The notes under the pieces: model-generated
The model's database searches: none
What the model saw: the letters and a program-made list of their open reading frames with translations, nothing else
Told to the model about the DNA's origin: nothing
Program-made: the position numbers and the translations under genes
Origin: an uncultured Verrucomicrobiota bacterium
GTDB lineage: Bacteria; Verrucomicrobiota; Verrucomicrobiia; Limisphaerales; JAEYXS01
Assembly (NCBI GenBank): GCA_964589735.1
Contig: CAZPUL010000002.1
Location: 8,176-72,175 of the forward strand
DNA: 64,000 bases
Direction: 5' to 3'
In this document: positions 18,121-27,989 of the stretch, in pieces
Numbering within the stretch: position 1 is the stretch's first letter
Layout: the number at the start of each line of letters is the position of its first letter

Positions 18121-18852
18121 TTACTCAGGCGAAACAGCCTGTCGGACGTGCTCGCCCAACGGTGTCTCTGGTGCGTCCGATTCCGGAGTCTCGAGCTTGA
18201 ATATCTCCCGGCCCAAGCCGTCCGTACCGATGCTGGCTGACATGGTCCGGCTTACGGCGGGCTTGAATTCCCCACGGATCCGGACTTCTCGGAAGTGCAG
18301 GATGGAGTCGATATGGCGTGCCTGGTGAGCGGGATAGGACAGCGCGGCAAAAGGATACTCCTGATCATCCGAGGCCGTCCATTTGCCTTGATCGGTGAAA
18401 CCGAAGCGCCGGTAAAAAGTCAGGGAGGCGGGCAGGGCGAAGATCAGGAGATGGATCATAGTATCGGGTTTGCCGATTCCGGTCCGGCCTACGCGCAGCA
18501 GGGTCATGGTGGTGCCGATGCGGTGCTTTTGATAGTCGGGATGCACCAGACCATAGCAGAGCGTGTAGATATTCTTCCCCAACTGAGTCAGTCCGGAGCA
18601 GCCGATGAGCTTGTCACGGAACTCAGCCACCAGCATGCCGTTCTGTGGTTGCTTAAGGTGTGCCGCAAAGGCTTGCTCATCGCCCTCGGGAAAACGTCCG
18701 GCGGCATTCAGCCGGTAGAGGCTCATCAAACGGAGAAAATCCCGGTCCTCGTAAGCGCGGAACTGGACGGGCAAAAGCAACGGTGGATTCAGCTCCCGAT
18801 CCAGGTCGGTGTAGGCGAATTTGCGACGGACCCATGTAAGCAATGCGCGCAC
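18121..18852 (-). CDS. GNAT family N-acetyltransferase with C-terminal extension
   Basis: 'GLVHPDYQKHRIGTTM' (acetyl-CoA motif A) and 'FYRRFGF'. Confidence 0.75.
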   Translation of the reverse strand: MRALLTWVRRKFAYTDLDRELNPPLLLPVQFRAYEDRDFLRLMSLYRLNAAGRFPEGDEQAFAAHLKQPQNGMLVAEFRDKLIGCSGLTQLGKNIYTLCYGLVHPDYQKHRIGTTMTLLRVGRTGIGKPDTMIHLLIFALPASLTFYRRFGFTDQGKWTASDDQEYPFAALSYPAHQARHIDSILHFREVRIRGEFKPAVSRTMSASIGTDGLGREIFKLETPESDAPETPLGEHVRQAVSPE

Positions 18853-19004
18853 GGTGAAATGACCTTCACCTCAACGGTACTCCTGGGTCCGCAACTGTCT
18901 AATGAAATCTTAGACGGACAAACCGTTGTCGGATGAATAAGACCGCGGATTTTTATAGTGTTCCCTTGAGCAAAAGAAGGCGCATGCAAAACTTTGGCTC
19001 CCGT

Positions 19005-19712
19005 TCAGCACTTCGCACTCTTGCGCTTTTTGCCGATGGTGCCGCGGTCCTGGACTTTCCGGATGTAATCGGTGGCGGAGAAGACTTCGCAACTGTTGTT
19101 GCCGAGATCAGCCGAGACGGGGCCGATCTTCGCGGCGGTCTTCAGGGCGAGTTCGGTCAGGGATGATACATAACACCCCACGGCGATGAGGAACATGTTC
19201 ATCTGGTAGCGTACCGCATCAGGGGCCTTGTGGATCTCTTTCTGCACCCGCTGCAAGAGCTGTTTCAGTTCCGGAATGTCGAGGTCGGCGTCGGCCTTCA
19301 CCGAGACGAGGCTGGCGAAGGTGGCCCAACCGATGACGGCGATGAGCGGCTTGGGCGACTCGATCCATTTTAGCGCCATCTCATGCCCGTGCGGATTGCC
19401 GGCGGCCACACTGGCCACGGCTCCGGGCAGGGAACCGGCATAAGCGGCATCCGCCCAGTGCTGGAGGTCGCGCTTGGTCATGCGCGCATCGTCGGCGATG
19501 AGGCTGGCCAGGTACATCGCGTCGTAATTGCCTGTGGCGTAGAGATCGAGCGCGAGCTGGTAATCCATCTTGATGCGCTTCTGGATTTTCTTGAGATCGC
19601 CGATCTTCACCCCGAAGCAGGGCTCTTTGACACAGTAGTTGTTGACGAGCACATTCTTGTAGCTGGCGGTGCCGAGCGGCGCGAGTTCCGCGAGGATTTC
19701 GGTGGCAGTCAT
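19005..19712 (-). CDS. DNA alkylation repair protein (HEAT-like repeat, AlkC/AlkD-related family)
   Basis: All-helical, ~235 aa, with 'FGVKIGDLKKI', 'ALDLYATGNYDAMYLA' and 'VRYQMNMFLIAVG'. Called by eye. Confidence 0.6.
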   Translation of the reverse strand: MTATEILAELAPLGTASYKNVLVNNYCVKEPCFGVKIGDLKKIQKRIKMDYQLALDLYATGNYDAMYLASLIADDARMTKRDLQHWADAAYAGSLPGAVASVAAGNPHGHEMALKWIESPKPLIAVIGWATFASLVSVKADADLDIPELKQLLQRVQKEIHKAPDAVRYQMNMFLIAVGCYVSSLTELALKTAAKIGPVSADLGNNSCEVFSATDYIRKVQDRGTIGKKRKSAKC

Positions 19713-19823
19713 AGGGTTGCCACTCTTCTACCAGCAATTGGCCCAAAGGCCAGTGAGGAAATCTGGCGCAGCGATTTTGAATTGTCCAAAGCGCCGGTTG
19801 GGGGGACTCTATAGCGCAAGCAA

Positions 19824-22295
19824 ATGAACAGTAATTTCTTCAACCGACGTGCCGGTGTGGTGTCCGCAGCCATTTTGAGCCTGGGCTTGGGCTGGGGTGC
19901 GGTCTCCGGTGTGGCGGCGGGTGAGCGGCCGCGCAGCATCTCGGGCATCTATCCGCATCTGGCCTATTTCAACAATGAGGGCGAGTGCGGCACGGGCGCC
20001 GTGGTGCCGTGGGCAGACCGGCTCTGGGTCATCACGTATGGGCCGCATCTGCCAAAGGGGTCTTCGGACAAGCTGTATGAGATTGATCGCGATCTGAAGA
20101 TGACCGTGCGCCCCGAGAGCATTGGCGGCACGCCCGCGAACCGCTTCATCCATCGCGAATCGGAACAGTTGTTCATCGGGCCATACGCGATCAGTGAAAA
20201 AGGCGAAGTCCGCACCATTCCTTACTCGGTGATGTATGGCCGCCACACCGGCAATGCGCGGCATCTGACGGATCCGGAGAACAAGATCTATTACGCGACG
20301 ATGGAGGAGGGCATCTACGAAGTGGACGTGAAAACGCTCGCCGTGAAGATGCTTTATGCCGACGAACAGCTCAAAGATGCGAAGGAACCTAAGGCTGACC
20401 TGCCCGGTTATCACGGCAAGGGCCTCTACTCCGGCCAAGGGCGGCTCATCTACGCGAACAACGGCGAACATGGCCCGAAAGCACTCGTCGATCCCTCCAT
20501 CCCCTCGGGTGTGCTCGCGGAATGGGATGGCAAAGATTGGAAAATTGTCCGCCGCAATCAATTCACCGAAGTGACCGGACCGGGCGGCATCTACGGGAAT
20601 GACCGCGCGGAGAAAGACCCCGTGTGGGCCATCGGTTGGGATTACCGTTCGCTCATCCTGATGCTCTTGGACAAGGGCCAGTGGCACGCCTATCGCTTGC
20701 CGAAGGGCAGCCATAGCTATGATGGCGCGCACGGCTGGAACACCGAATGGCCGCGCATCCGCGACATCGGCGAGGGCGACCTGCTGATGACGATGCACGG
20801 GACGTTCTGGAAGTTCCCGAAAGATTTCAGCTTTGAAGATTCCGAAGGCATCGTGCCGCGCTCGAACTATCTGAAAGTCATTGGCGACTTCACCGAGTGG
20901 CGCGGCAAAGTCGTCTTCGGCTGCGATGACACGGCGAAGAACGAGTTCCTGAACAAGCGCAAGGCGAAGGGTGAACTCGCCGGTCCCGGCCAATCGCAAT
21001 CCAACCTGTGGTTCGTGGAACCGGATCAGATCGATGAATTCGGTTCGGCGCTGGGTCGGGGTGCGGTGTGGTTCGATGAAGCGGTGAAGGCGAACACGCC
21101 CTCCGATGCGTTCCTGTTCGAAGGTTATGAGCAGCGCGGCGTGCATCTGACGCATGACAGCGAAAAGCCGGTGACGTTCACCTTCGAGGTGGACCGCAAG
21201 GGGCGGGGCGAGTGGAAGGGCCTGTGCGTGATCGAGGTCCCGGCCAAGGGTTATCGCTGGCTGGAATTCTCGCCGAAGGACAAGGGCGCCTGGGTGCGCG
21301 TGAGTGTGAGCAAGGACACAAAAGCCACGGCGCTCTTCAACTACAGCAACAAAGACCAGCGCGGCAACGAGGCGAGCGAGATTTTCCGGGGCATCGCGAC
21401 GGTGAAGGACAAATACGTCTCCGGCGGGCTCATCCGTGCGCGCGGTGAAAATCTGCGCACGCTGAACTTCGCCGCCCAACGGGCGAGCAACGGCACCACG
21501 ACCGATGCCGGTTACTTCGAACTCGGCGCGGACTTGAAGCTGAGGAAGGTGAATGACCCGAAGGCGCAGGATTGGCTGGAGAAGAATGTAGCGATCCCGC
21601 ACGGGATGTTTCAGGTGGACGCAGCCTCCGTCATCTTCACGGATGACAAGGGCAACCGCTGGCGTCTGCCGAAGGGTGATGCGGCCTTTGACCAACCGGG
21701 CGCGCTGGGCGATGAACGCATCGACCGCGAGGTCTGCACCGAGCGCGATCTCTTCAACTGTCACGGCACGTTCTATGAGTTGCCCGCGGAGAATGCGGGT
21801 GGTTTCGCCAAGGTCCGTCCGGTGACCACGCACAACCGGCGCATCAAAGATTACACGAGCTATCGTGGCTTGCTCATCATGACGGGCATCAGCGACGGTG
21901 CACCGAAGACTTCGGAACACATCATCCGTTCGGAAGATGGCAAAGTGGCCTTGTGGGCGGGCGGCGTGGATGACTTGTGGAAGTTCGGCAAGGTGCGTGG
22001 TAACGGTGGTCCGTGGAAGGATACCGAAGTGAAAGCGAACGAGGTGTCTGATGCCTACCTGATGACGGGTTATGATAAAAAATCCGTCACTTTCCAACAC
22101 GATGCCAAAGACCCGCTGAGGGTGCGCATCGAGGTGGACATCACCGGCACGGGGCTGTGGCGCACGTATCAAGTGGTTGAAGTTCCCGCCAAAACCACGG
22201 TGACGCACAATTTCCCCGATGCCTTGCAAGCGTATTGGGTGCGGGTGGTGGCGGACAAGGTTTGCAAGGCGACCGCGCAATTCCGGTACGAATAG
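19824..22295 (+). CDS. Large secreted protein of unknown family with internal tandem duplication
   Basis: Signal 'AAILSLGLGWGAVSGVAA'. Coding-like composition, whereas the mirror ORF 19809..22280 is Arg/His-rich. Repeated ~100-aa domains lie at ~21055..21348 and ~22005..22292. Confidence 0.8.
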   Translation: MNSNFFNRRAGVVSAAILSLGLGWGAVSGVAAGERPRSISGIYPHLAYFNNEGECGTGAVVPWADRLWVITYGPHLPKGSSDKLYEIDRDLKMTVRPESIGGTPANRFIHRESEQLFIGPYAISEKGEVRTIPYSVMYGRHTGNARHLTDPENKIYYATMEEGIYEVDVKTLAVKMLYADEQLKDAKEPKADLPGYHGKGLYSGQGRLIYANNGEHGPKALVDPSIPSGVLAEWDGKDWKIVRRNQFTEVTGPGGIYGNDRAEKDPVWAIGWDYRSLILMLLDKGQWHAYRLPKGSHSYDGAHGWNTEWPRIRDIGEGDLLMTMHGTFWKFPKDFSFEDSEGIVPRSNYLKVIGDFTEWRGKVVFGCDDTAKNEFLNKRKAKGELAGPGQSQSNLWFVEPDQIDEFGSALGRGAVWFDEAVKANTPSDAFLFEGYEQRGVHLTHDSEKPVTFTFEVDRKGRGEWKGLCVIEVPAKGYRWLEFSPKDKGAWVRVSVSKDTKATALFNYSNKDQRGNEASEIFRGIATVKDKYVSGGLIRARGENLRTLNFAAQRASNGTTTDAGYFELGADLKLRKVNDPKAQDWLEKNVAIPHGMFQVDAASVIFTDDKGNRWRLPKGDAAFDQPGALGDERIDREVCTERDLFNCHGTFYELPAENAGGFAKVRPVTTHNRRIKDYTSYRGLLIMTGISDGAPKTSEHIIRSEDGKVALWAGGVDDLWKFGKVRGNGGPWKDTEVKANEVSDAYLMTGYDKKSVTFQHDAKDPLRVRIEVDITGTGLWRTYQVVEVPAKTTVTHNFPDALQAYWVRVVADKVCKATAQFRYE

Positions 22296-22470
22296 GCTGT
22301 TTTGTTTTGGTCAGGGTGCCTGAAACACAACAAATATTTTCAACCATTAGAAATTGTTAGAAATCTGATTATTGGGCGTGTTTAACTGGCGGTGGCTTGG
22401 GGACAGGCTGCCGCAGGTGAGGGGATTCCACCACGGCTGCCGCCTGAGCCGTTGTCAACCCGTCACGTCC

Positions 22471-24066
22471 ATGGCGGAATCACCGAACCAGCCAGTCAGC
22501 ATCAAGCGGTCTTCTCCCAAAGAAGGCGGTACGGAGTCATTGCTCAATGTCACCGACTCGCTCAACTCCTTGCGCCATGGTCTGCGCACGCCGTTGAACC
22601 AGGTGCTCGGTTACACCGAGATGTTGATGGAGGATGTGGCGGGCCGCTCGACGCAGGCATTGCTGCCTGACCTGGAGCGCATCCACCTGATCGGCGGGCA
22701 ATTGCTGGCGCTCATCAATGAGGGTCTGGCTCCGTGGAAGCTCATGGTCGGCCGCGTGGACCTCGATACGATGGGTTTCGAGATGCGCAGCCCGCTGAAT
22801 CTGATCATGGGTTATGCGGAATTGTGCCAGGAGATCGCCCTTGAACTCGGCGACAAGCGGCTGGTGCCGGACCTGCAAAAGATCATCGGTGCCGCGAAGA
22901 ATCTGCAGAATGCCTTCGAGAGCCCTTCCTTGAAAGAACGTGTGCATCGCTGTCTGCAAAGCGAGAAATCCAAACACCGCACCCGTTGGTTGATGGAAGA
23001 ACCGCCGGAATCCCCGCAGGAGGAGGGGGTGATCCTCATCGTGGATGACAATGAGATGAACCGGGACATGCTCTGCCGTCGGCTGGAGCGTTACGGCTAC
23101 GTCACTTACGAGGCGGAGAACGGCAAGGAAGGTTTCGAACTGGCCCGCAAACACAAGCCGGATCTGATCCTCATGGACGTGGTGATGCCCGGCTCCAATG
23201 GTTACGAGTATCTGGAGCAGTATAAGACGGACCCTACGCTCGGCCACATCCCGGTCATCATGATCTCCGCCTTGGATGAGATGGAGGTGACCATCCGTTG
23301 CATCGAGATCGGCGCAGAAGATTACATCCCGAAGCCCTTCAACCCGGTGCTGCTGAAGGCGCGCATCGAGGCTTCCGTGCTGAAGAAGCGTTTGCGCGAC
23401 CAGGAAAAGGCTCTGATCGACATGATGCGGGCCGAGCGCGAACGGTTGGAACAAGTGCTGAACGGGGCGCTGCCCCAAGTGGCGGCCAATCGTGTCCGTC
23501 AGGGCGAGCCGGGCGGAGTGGATGAAGCCGCGGAGGCGTCCGTGCTGATGGTGGAGGTGGTGGATTTCAAGTCGTTGGCCGGCCAATTGCCCGCGAAGCA
23601 AGCTTCGGCCGTGCTCACGGAGCTGTCCATGACACTCGACTGGCTGGCCCGGTTCAACAAGTCGGACAAGATCCGGACGGGGCCGGGACAGTTCATCATC
23701 GTCACCGGCTTGCTGGCGGCACGAAGCGATCATGCTACCACGGTCTGTGACATCGCGTTGAAACTGCAGCATGTGCTGCCGCTGTTGCGCGCGCAGACAA
23801 AGACGGAGCTGCAACTGCGCATCACCATAGCCTCTGGAGCGGTGGCGGGCGGCGTGATCGGTCGCGCGAGTTATTACTACGAGATCTGGGGCGAAGCGGT
23901 GAACAAGGCGACGCAGTTGGCGGCGGAAGCGGAACCCGGTGCGGTGTTGCTGGATGAGCAGTGTGCCCGGCTGGTGCAGGAGCAGTTCAAACTGGAGGCT
24001 ACGAAATCATCAGGCTCATGGCGGCTGGTGGGCCGTCAGGCAGCAGTCACTTCGGCGGCGGCCTGA
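22471..24066 (+). CDS. Signalling protein: HisKA-like box x2 (no ATPase domain) + receiver (REC) + degenerate class III cyclase-homology domain
   Basis: 'SLRHGLRTPLNQVLGYTEML' and 'GFEMRSPLNLIMGYAEL' (His replaced by Phe). REC: 'ILIVDDNEMNRD...DLILMDVVMPG...IPVIMISA...KP'. CHD: 'VLMVEVVDFKSL...LRITIASGAVAGGVIG...YEIWGEAVNKATQLA'. ATG at 22471. Confidence 0.8.
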   Translation: MAESPNQPVSIKRSSPKEGGTESLLNVTDSLNSLRHGLRTPLNQVLGYTEMLMEDVAGRSTQALLPDLERIHLIGGQLLALINEGLAPWKLMVGRVDLDTMGFEMRSPLNLIMGYAELCQEIALELGDKRLVPDLQKIIGAAKNLQNAFESPSLKERVHRCLQSEKSKHRTRWLMEEPPESPQEEGVILIVDDNEMNRDMLCRRLERYGYVTYEAENGKEGFELARKHKPDLILMDVVMPGSNGYEYLEQYKTDPTLGHIPVIMISALDEMEVTIRCIEIGAEDYIPKPFNPVLLKARIEASVLKKRLRDQEKALIDMMRAERERLEQVLNGALPQVAANRVRQGEPGGVDEAAEASVLMVEVVDFKSLAGQLPAKQASAVLTELSMTLDWLARFNKSDKIRTGPGQFIIVTGLLAARSDHATTVCDIALKLQHVLPLLRAQTKTELQLRITIASGAVAGGVIGRASYYYEIWGEAVNKATQLAAEAEPGAVLLDEQCARLVQEQFKLEATKSSGSWRLVGRQAAVTSAAA

Positions 24067-24071
24067 TGCAT

Positions 24072-24995
24072 TCAAATATCCGGCACCACGAATTTTTGAC
24101 GCAAGAGCGAGAGGAGCGCGGAAACGGCGGTGAGATCGTCCGGCATCTGGTCGATGACGCGGCTGACAATCCCCAGTTCCATCACCAGCAGCAGGGCCTG
24201 CATCTCATCCGGTGGCAGACCAGCCTGCAATCCGGACAAACTTTCGCTGAGCTTTAGTTTGCTATCCCAAGAGGGCAGCTCCGCTTCCAGTGCCTTGATC
24301 TCATCCAGCAGGCGCAAGCCATCGAGGATGGCATTATCTGCCGAAAGTTCGATCTCGTCGGTCACCGGCTGCACGGGGCCTTGTTCGAATACGAAGGTGC
24401 CTTTCGTCCAGCGGAAGATGCGATGTAAGGCGCGCAAGGGCGGCAGCTCGCTGTCATCAATGGTCGCATAGCACACATGTCCGTCGCGGATATGGATACG
24501 GCCCACGACCGGCAGATTCTCAATCCTGACAACTCCAGAACGGCCGTAACGACACAGGAACTGGAGCAGATCCGGAACGGGTGTATCCGCGATGTTGCCA
24601 GCGAGACCGGTAGTGCGATCCTCCTGGCCGCGGGTGCGGACTTTGCTCACGAAGTGGATCTCTGTCTCGCCGCTGGGTTGTTGCGCGGAGATGCTGAAGC
24701 GCGTGATAGACACTACGAGGATGAGTATCTTGCCCAGCCGTAACCGGTCCCCTTCGCGCAGTTCCGCCTGAGCCACCTGCTCCTGGTTTACCTGCACGAA
24801 TTCACCCGTATTCAGGCTGCGGATGGCGGCCCGGTCGCCCCAGCCGGTCACCACGGCGAAGCGCTGGGAGTTGTCGGTCGGGTTGACTGTGATGTCGTCG
24901 TCATCCGTGCGATTCAGCAGCAAAGCACCGCCATCAGGCACGGGGAACTCCCCTCCTTTGTTCGCGCCGTTCAAAAAATGCAAAGCAAGCGCCAC
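24072..24995 (-). CDS. FHA domain + DUF4388 (PatA-N-like) domain protein
   Basis: N-terminal FHA-like region ('GGALLLNRTDDDDITV...REGDRLRLGKILILV'), then 'GNIADTPVPDLLQFLCRYGRSGVVRI...GRIHIRDGHVCYA', typical of DUF4388. Confidence 0.7.
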   Translation of the reverse strand: MALALHFLNGANKGGEFPVPDGGALLLNRTDDDDITVNPTDNSQRFAVVTGWGDRAAIRSLNTGEFVQVNQEQVAQAELREGDRLRLGKILILVVSITRFSISAQQPSGETEIHFVSKVRTRGQEDRTTGLAGNIADTPVPDLLQFLCRYGRSGVVRIENLPVVGRIHIRDGHVCYATIDDSELPPLRALHRIFRWTKGTFVFEQGPVQPVTDEIELSADNAILDGLRLLDEIKALEAELPSWDSKLKLSESLSGLQAGLPPDEMQALLLVMELGIVSRVIDQMPDDLTAVSALLSLLRQKFVVPDI

Positions 24996-25126
24996 AGCGC
25001 ACGCATCTTTGTGAGGTCAGAGTTGATTGACAAGGGGGTTAGACGGCCGTTTCCATGAATCTTTTTACTGGCACTTGCCGCTTTCATGTTTGAAGCGGCA
25101 GGCTTCCTGCTCCACGTTGTAATCGC

Positions 25127-25654
25127 ATGCGAGACCGGATTGCAATCGTGTCAGGTGACATAACAAAACAGCGGGTGGATGCCATCGTCAATGCGGCGAA
25201 CAGTTCGCTCACGGGCGGGGCGGGGGTGGATGGAGCCATCCATGCGGCGGCCGGGCAGGAGCTTTACGAGGAATGCCTGGCGCTGGGCGGCTGCCCTACC
25301 GGCGAGGCCAAGGCGACCAAGGGTTACGCCCTGCCGGCCAAATGGGTCATCCACACGGTCGGCCCCATCTGGCGCGATGGCAAGCGCGGGGAGCCGGAGA
25401 AGCTGGCCCGGTGCTATCAGAACTCCTTGAAAGTGGCGGCGGGCTTGCCGGCGAAGACCGTGGCCTTTCCCTGCATCAGCACCGGCGCGTATGGCTTCCC
25501 CATCGAGGAAGCCACGGAGATTGCGCTCAATGAGACCTTCAAATTCCTCCAGCAGGATGAAAGCATTGAGCAGGTCACTTTCGTTTGTTTTGGTCAATCG
25601 ACCTTGAACACCTATCAGCAGATGCTGGAAAAGCATCTGGCCCAATCTTCTTGA
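25127..25654 (+). CDS. Macro domain protein (O-acetyl-ADP-ribose deacetylase, YmdB-like)
   Basis: 'IAIVSGDITKQRVDAIVNAANSSLTGGAGVDGAIHAAAG', 'VIHTVGP' and 'FPCISTGAYGFP'. Confidence 0.85.
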   Translation: MRDRIAIVSGDITKQRVDAIVNAANSSLTGGAGVDGAIHAAAGQELYEECLALGGCPTGEAKATKGYALPAKWVIHTVGPIWRDGKRGEPEKLARCYQNSLKVAAGLPAKTVAFPCISTGAYGFPIEEATEIALNETFKFLQQDESIEQVTFVCFGQSTLNTYQQMLEKHLAQSS

Positions 25655-25705
25655 GCGCGGGTTCGCGCGGATAAATGTTTGTCCAAAGACGGCGATTGGG
25701 GACTA

Positions 25706-26983
25706 ATGTCCTTAATCATGAATCGCCGAACCTTTTTGGCCAGCACACTGGCGTCTGCCATCGTTGCCAGCACATCCTCTTCCCTGTCTGCAGATAAGAA
25801 ACGCGCCCCGCGCATTTTGCTGCGCTCCTCCTGGCAGGTCGTGAACATCGGGGACATCGCCCACACGCCGGGCGTGCTCACGCTCATCGAGAAATATATT
25901 CCGGAAGCGGAGGTCATCCTCTGGCCCTCGGGCGACATCACGCCCGAAGTGATCGCCATGGAGCACAAACGCTTTCCGAAATTGAAGTTCGTGAAAGGCG
26001 GCATCAATCCGGACGGCACCACCAAGGTCAAGGAACTCGAGGAAGCCATCCAATGGTGCGATTTCATCTTGCACGGCTCCGGGCCCTCCATGGTCGCCTA
26101 CAAGGATGTGTCCGCCGCCGTGAAACTCACCGGCAAACCCTTCGGAGTTTACGGCATCACTTACGGTGGCAGCTCGAAGGAACAGCAGGAATTCATGGGC
26201 AAGGCCAAGTTCCTCTACTTCCGCGACACCGTCTCGCTCGCCAAGGCGAAGGCCGAAGGCATCAACTGCCCCATCATGGAATTCGGTCCCGATGGTGCCT
26301 TCGCCGTCGATCTGCGTGATGATGCTCCTGCGGCCGCTTTCTTGAAAGCGAACGGGCTCGAAGAAAAGAAATTCCTCTGCTGCCTCGCGCGCTATCGCTA
26401 CACGCCTTACTGGCTCGTGAAAGAAGGTCGCGCGAAAGACGCCAAGCGTGATGCCCGCAATCAGGAGATGCGCGATCACGATACCAAACCGCTCCGCGAC
26501 GCCATTATTGCCGTGGTGAAACAGACTGATCACAAGGTGCTGCTCTGCCCGGAAGACGCCACGCAGATGACCATCACGAAGGAAGACATTTACGACAAGC
26601 TGCCTGAAGACGTGAAAAAGCGCGTCGTGTGGCGCGAGAAATTCTGGCTCACGGATGAAGCCCTCAGCACATATTTAAAATCCTCCGGTATCTTCGGTCT
26701 GGAGATGCACTCGCCCATCATGTGCATCGGCAACGGCATTCCGGCCATCGTGTGCCGCTTTGAAGAACAGACCACCAAAGGTTTCATGTGGCGCGACATC
26801 GGCCTCGGCGACTGGCTCTTCGACATGGATAAACCCGACGAAGTCGCCAAGCTCACCGAAACCGTCCTCAGCCTCGTGAAAGACCCGAAAGGCGCGAAAG
26901 CCAAAGTGGCCGAAGCGGCGAAGTTTGTCGAAGAACGGCAACGCATCACAATGGGCGTGGTGAAGAGCAATCTGCCTGCTTGA
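25706..26983 (+). CDS. Polysaccharide pyruvyl transferase family protein with Tat-type signal
   Basis: '[17 protein letters not shown]', '[20 protein letters not shown]' and '[17 protein letters not shown]'. The start could be 25706 or 25718. Confidence 0.7.
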   Translation: MSLIMNRRTFLASTLASAIVASTSSSLSADKKRAPRILLRSSWQVVNIGDIAHTPGVLTLIEKYIPEAEVILWPSGDITPEVIAMEHKRFPKLKFVKGGINPDGTTKVKELEEAIQWCDFILHGSGPSMVAYKDVSAAVKLTGKPFGVYGITYGGSSKEQQEFMGKAKFLYFRDTVSLAKAKAEGINCPIMEFGPDGAFAVDLRDDAPAAAFLKANGLEEKKFLCCLARYRYTPYWLVKEGRAKDAKRDARNQEMRDHDTKPLRDAIIAVVKQTDHKVLLCPEDATQMTITKEDIYDKLPEDVKKRVVWREKFWLTDEALSTYLKSSGIFGLEMHSPIMCIGNGIPAIVCRFEEQTTKGFMWRDIGLGDWLFDMDKPDEVAKLTETVLSLVKDPKGAKAKVAEAAKFVEERQRITMGVVKSNLPA

Positions 26984-27002
26984 ATTTAAATCTGGAGGGA
27001 AC

Positions 27003-27968
27003 ATGAAACTTTTTTCGATGACTGTGGTGACGGCGCTTGCGATGTCGTGCGGTCTGCTCGACGGTGCGGAAGCTGTAGGGAAAGCCAAGGTGGTGACTGA
27101 GACCCCGAACCTCATCGCCTTCTGGACATTTGGTGAAGAGGCGGGGCAGCCGCGTAATTCCAGTGGCACTAAGGAAAAGCATCCCATGAAAGAAGTCGGC
27201 ACTCCCATCGTCCGCGTGGAAGGCGGGCCTTTCTCTGGCTATGCGGCTGATTTGAATGGGAAGCAGTATTTCTCGATTCCCTATGCCGAGACGGGTGATC
27301 TGAATATCGGCGGACCGGGAGCGCAGGTGAGCATGTTCGCCGTGGTGAACATCCAGAATCTCAAGCAGAGCCGCACCATCGCGGGCATGTGGAGCGAGGG
27401 CAAAGGCGCGAATGATGACACCGGCACGCGCCAATACGCGATGCTCATGAACATGCCCACCTACGGCGGCCCGAACAAACTCGTGCCGCATATCTCCAGC
27501 GAAGGCGGGGTGACTCGGCGTGCGGATGGCAGCGCCTTTCCTTGGTGCGCCGATTACGCCGCCACAAAGAGCGAGGTGCCCACGAACCAATGGTGTACGC
27601 TCGCCTTCACCTACGATGGCAAATACATCCGCGCTTACATCAACGGCGTGCTCGACAAGATGGAACTCGATCCTGTGAAGCACAAACGCACCGACCCTTA
27701 CTTCACGAACGAAGGCCCGGGCGGCAAAGATCGCGGCATGAATCCGTATTATCACGGGCGAGGCATCTTCAGTTACGACCCGGAGAAGCACAAAGACCGC
27801 ATCGGTGGCGCGGACTTCACTGTAGGCGCACGCTATGCCGTCGGCTCCATGCTCGGTGAAGCGACCATCGGCAAATTCGGCGGCCTCGCCGTCTTCAACC
27901 GCGCATTGACGGATGAAGAAATGAAGAAACTGCACGACGCTGCGAATGTAAGTGCGTTGAACAAATAA
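27003..27968 (+). CDS. Secreted LamG (concanavalin-A-like) domain protein
   Basis: Sec signal. '[22 protein letters not shown]' and '[20 protein letters not shown]' are the classic LamG-jellyroll ending. Confidence 0.75.
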   Translation: MKLFSMTVVTALAMSCGLLDGAEAVGKAKVVTETPNLIAFWTFGEEAGQPRNSSGTKEKHPMKEVGTPIVRVEGGPFSGYAADLNGKQYFSIPYAETGDLNIGGPGAQVSMFAVVNIQNLKQSRTIAGMWSEGKGANDDTGTRQYAMLMNMPTYGGPNKLVPHISSEGGVTRRADGSAFPWCADYAATKSEVPTNQWCTLAFTYDGKYIRAYINGVLDKMELDPVKHKRTDPYFTNEGPGGKDRGMNPYYHGRGIFSYDPEKHKDRIGGADFTVGARYAVGSMLGEATIGKFGGLAVFNRALTDEEMKKLHDAANVSALNK

Positions 27969-27989
27969 TCATTTCGGGAAGCAAACCAC

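Noticed and set aside
17885-18852. The GNAT plus small zinc-ribbon ORF as a GNAT-type toxin-antitoxin pair.
   Set aside because: Known GNAT toxins are ~170 aa with an upstream RHH/DUF1778 antitoxin. Here the GNAT is 243 aa, and the small ORF is downstream and is a zinc ribbon.
19809-22280. An 823-aa ORF on the minus strand, exactly mirroring the 823-aa + strand gene.
   Set aside because: It is in codon register with the + gene. It only requires that the + gene avoid the TTA, CTA and TCA codons, which is expected with GC-rich codon usage. The product is Arg/His/Ala-rich with no signal or motifs, whereas the + strand product has a signal peptide and an internal domain duplication.
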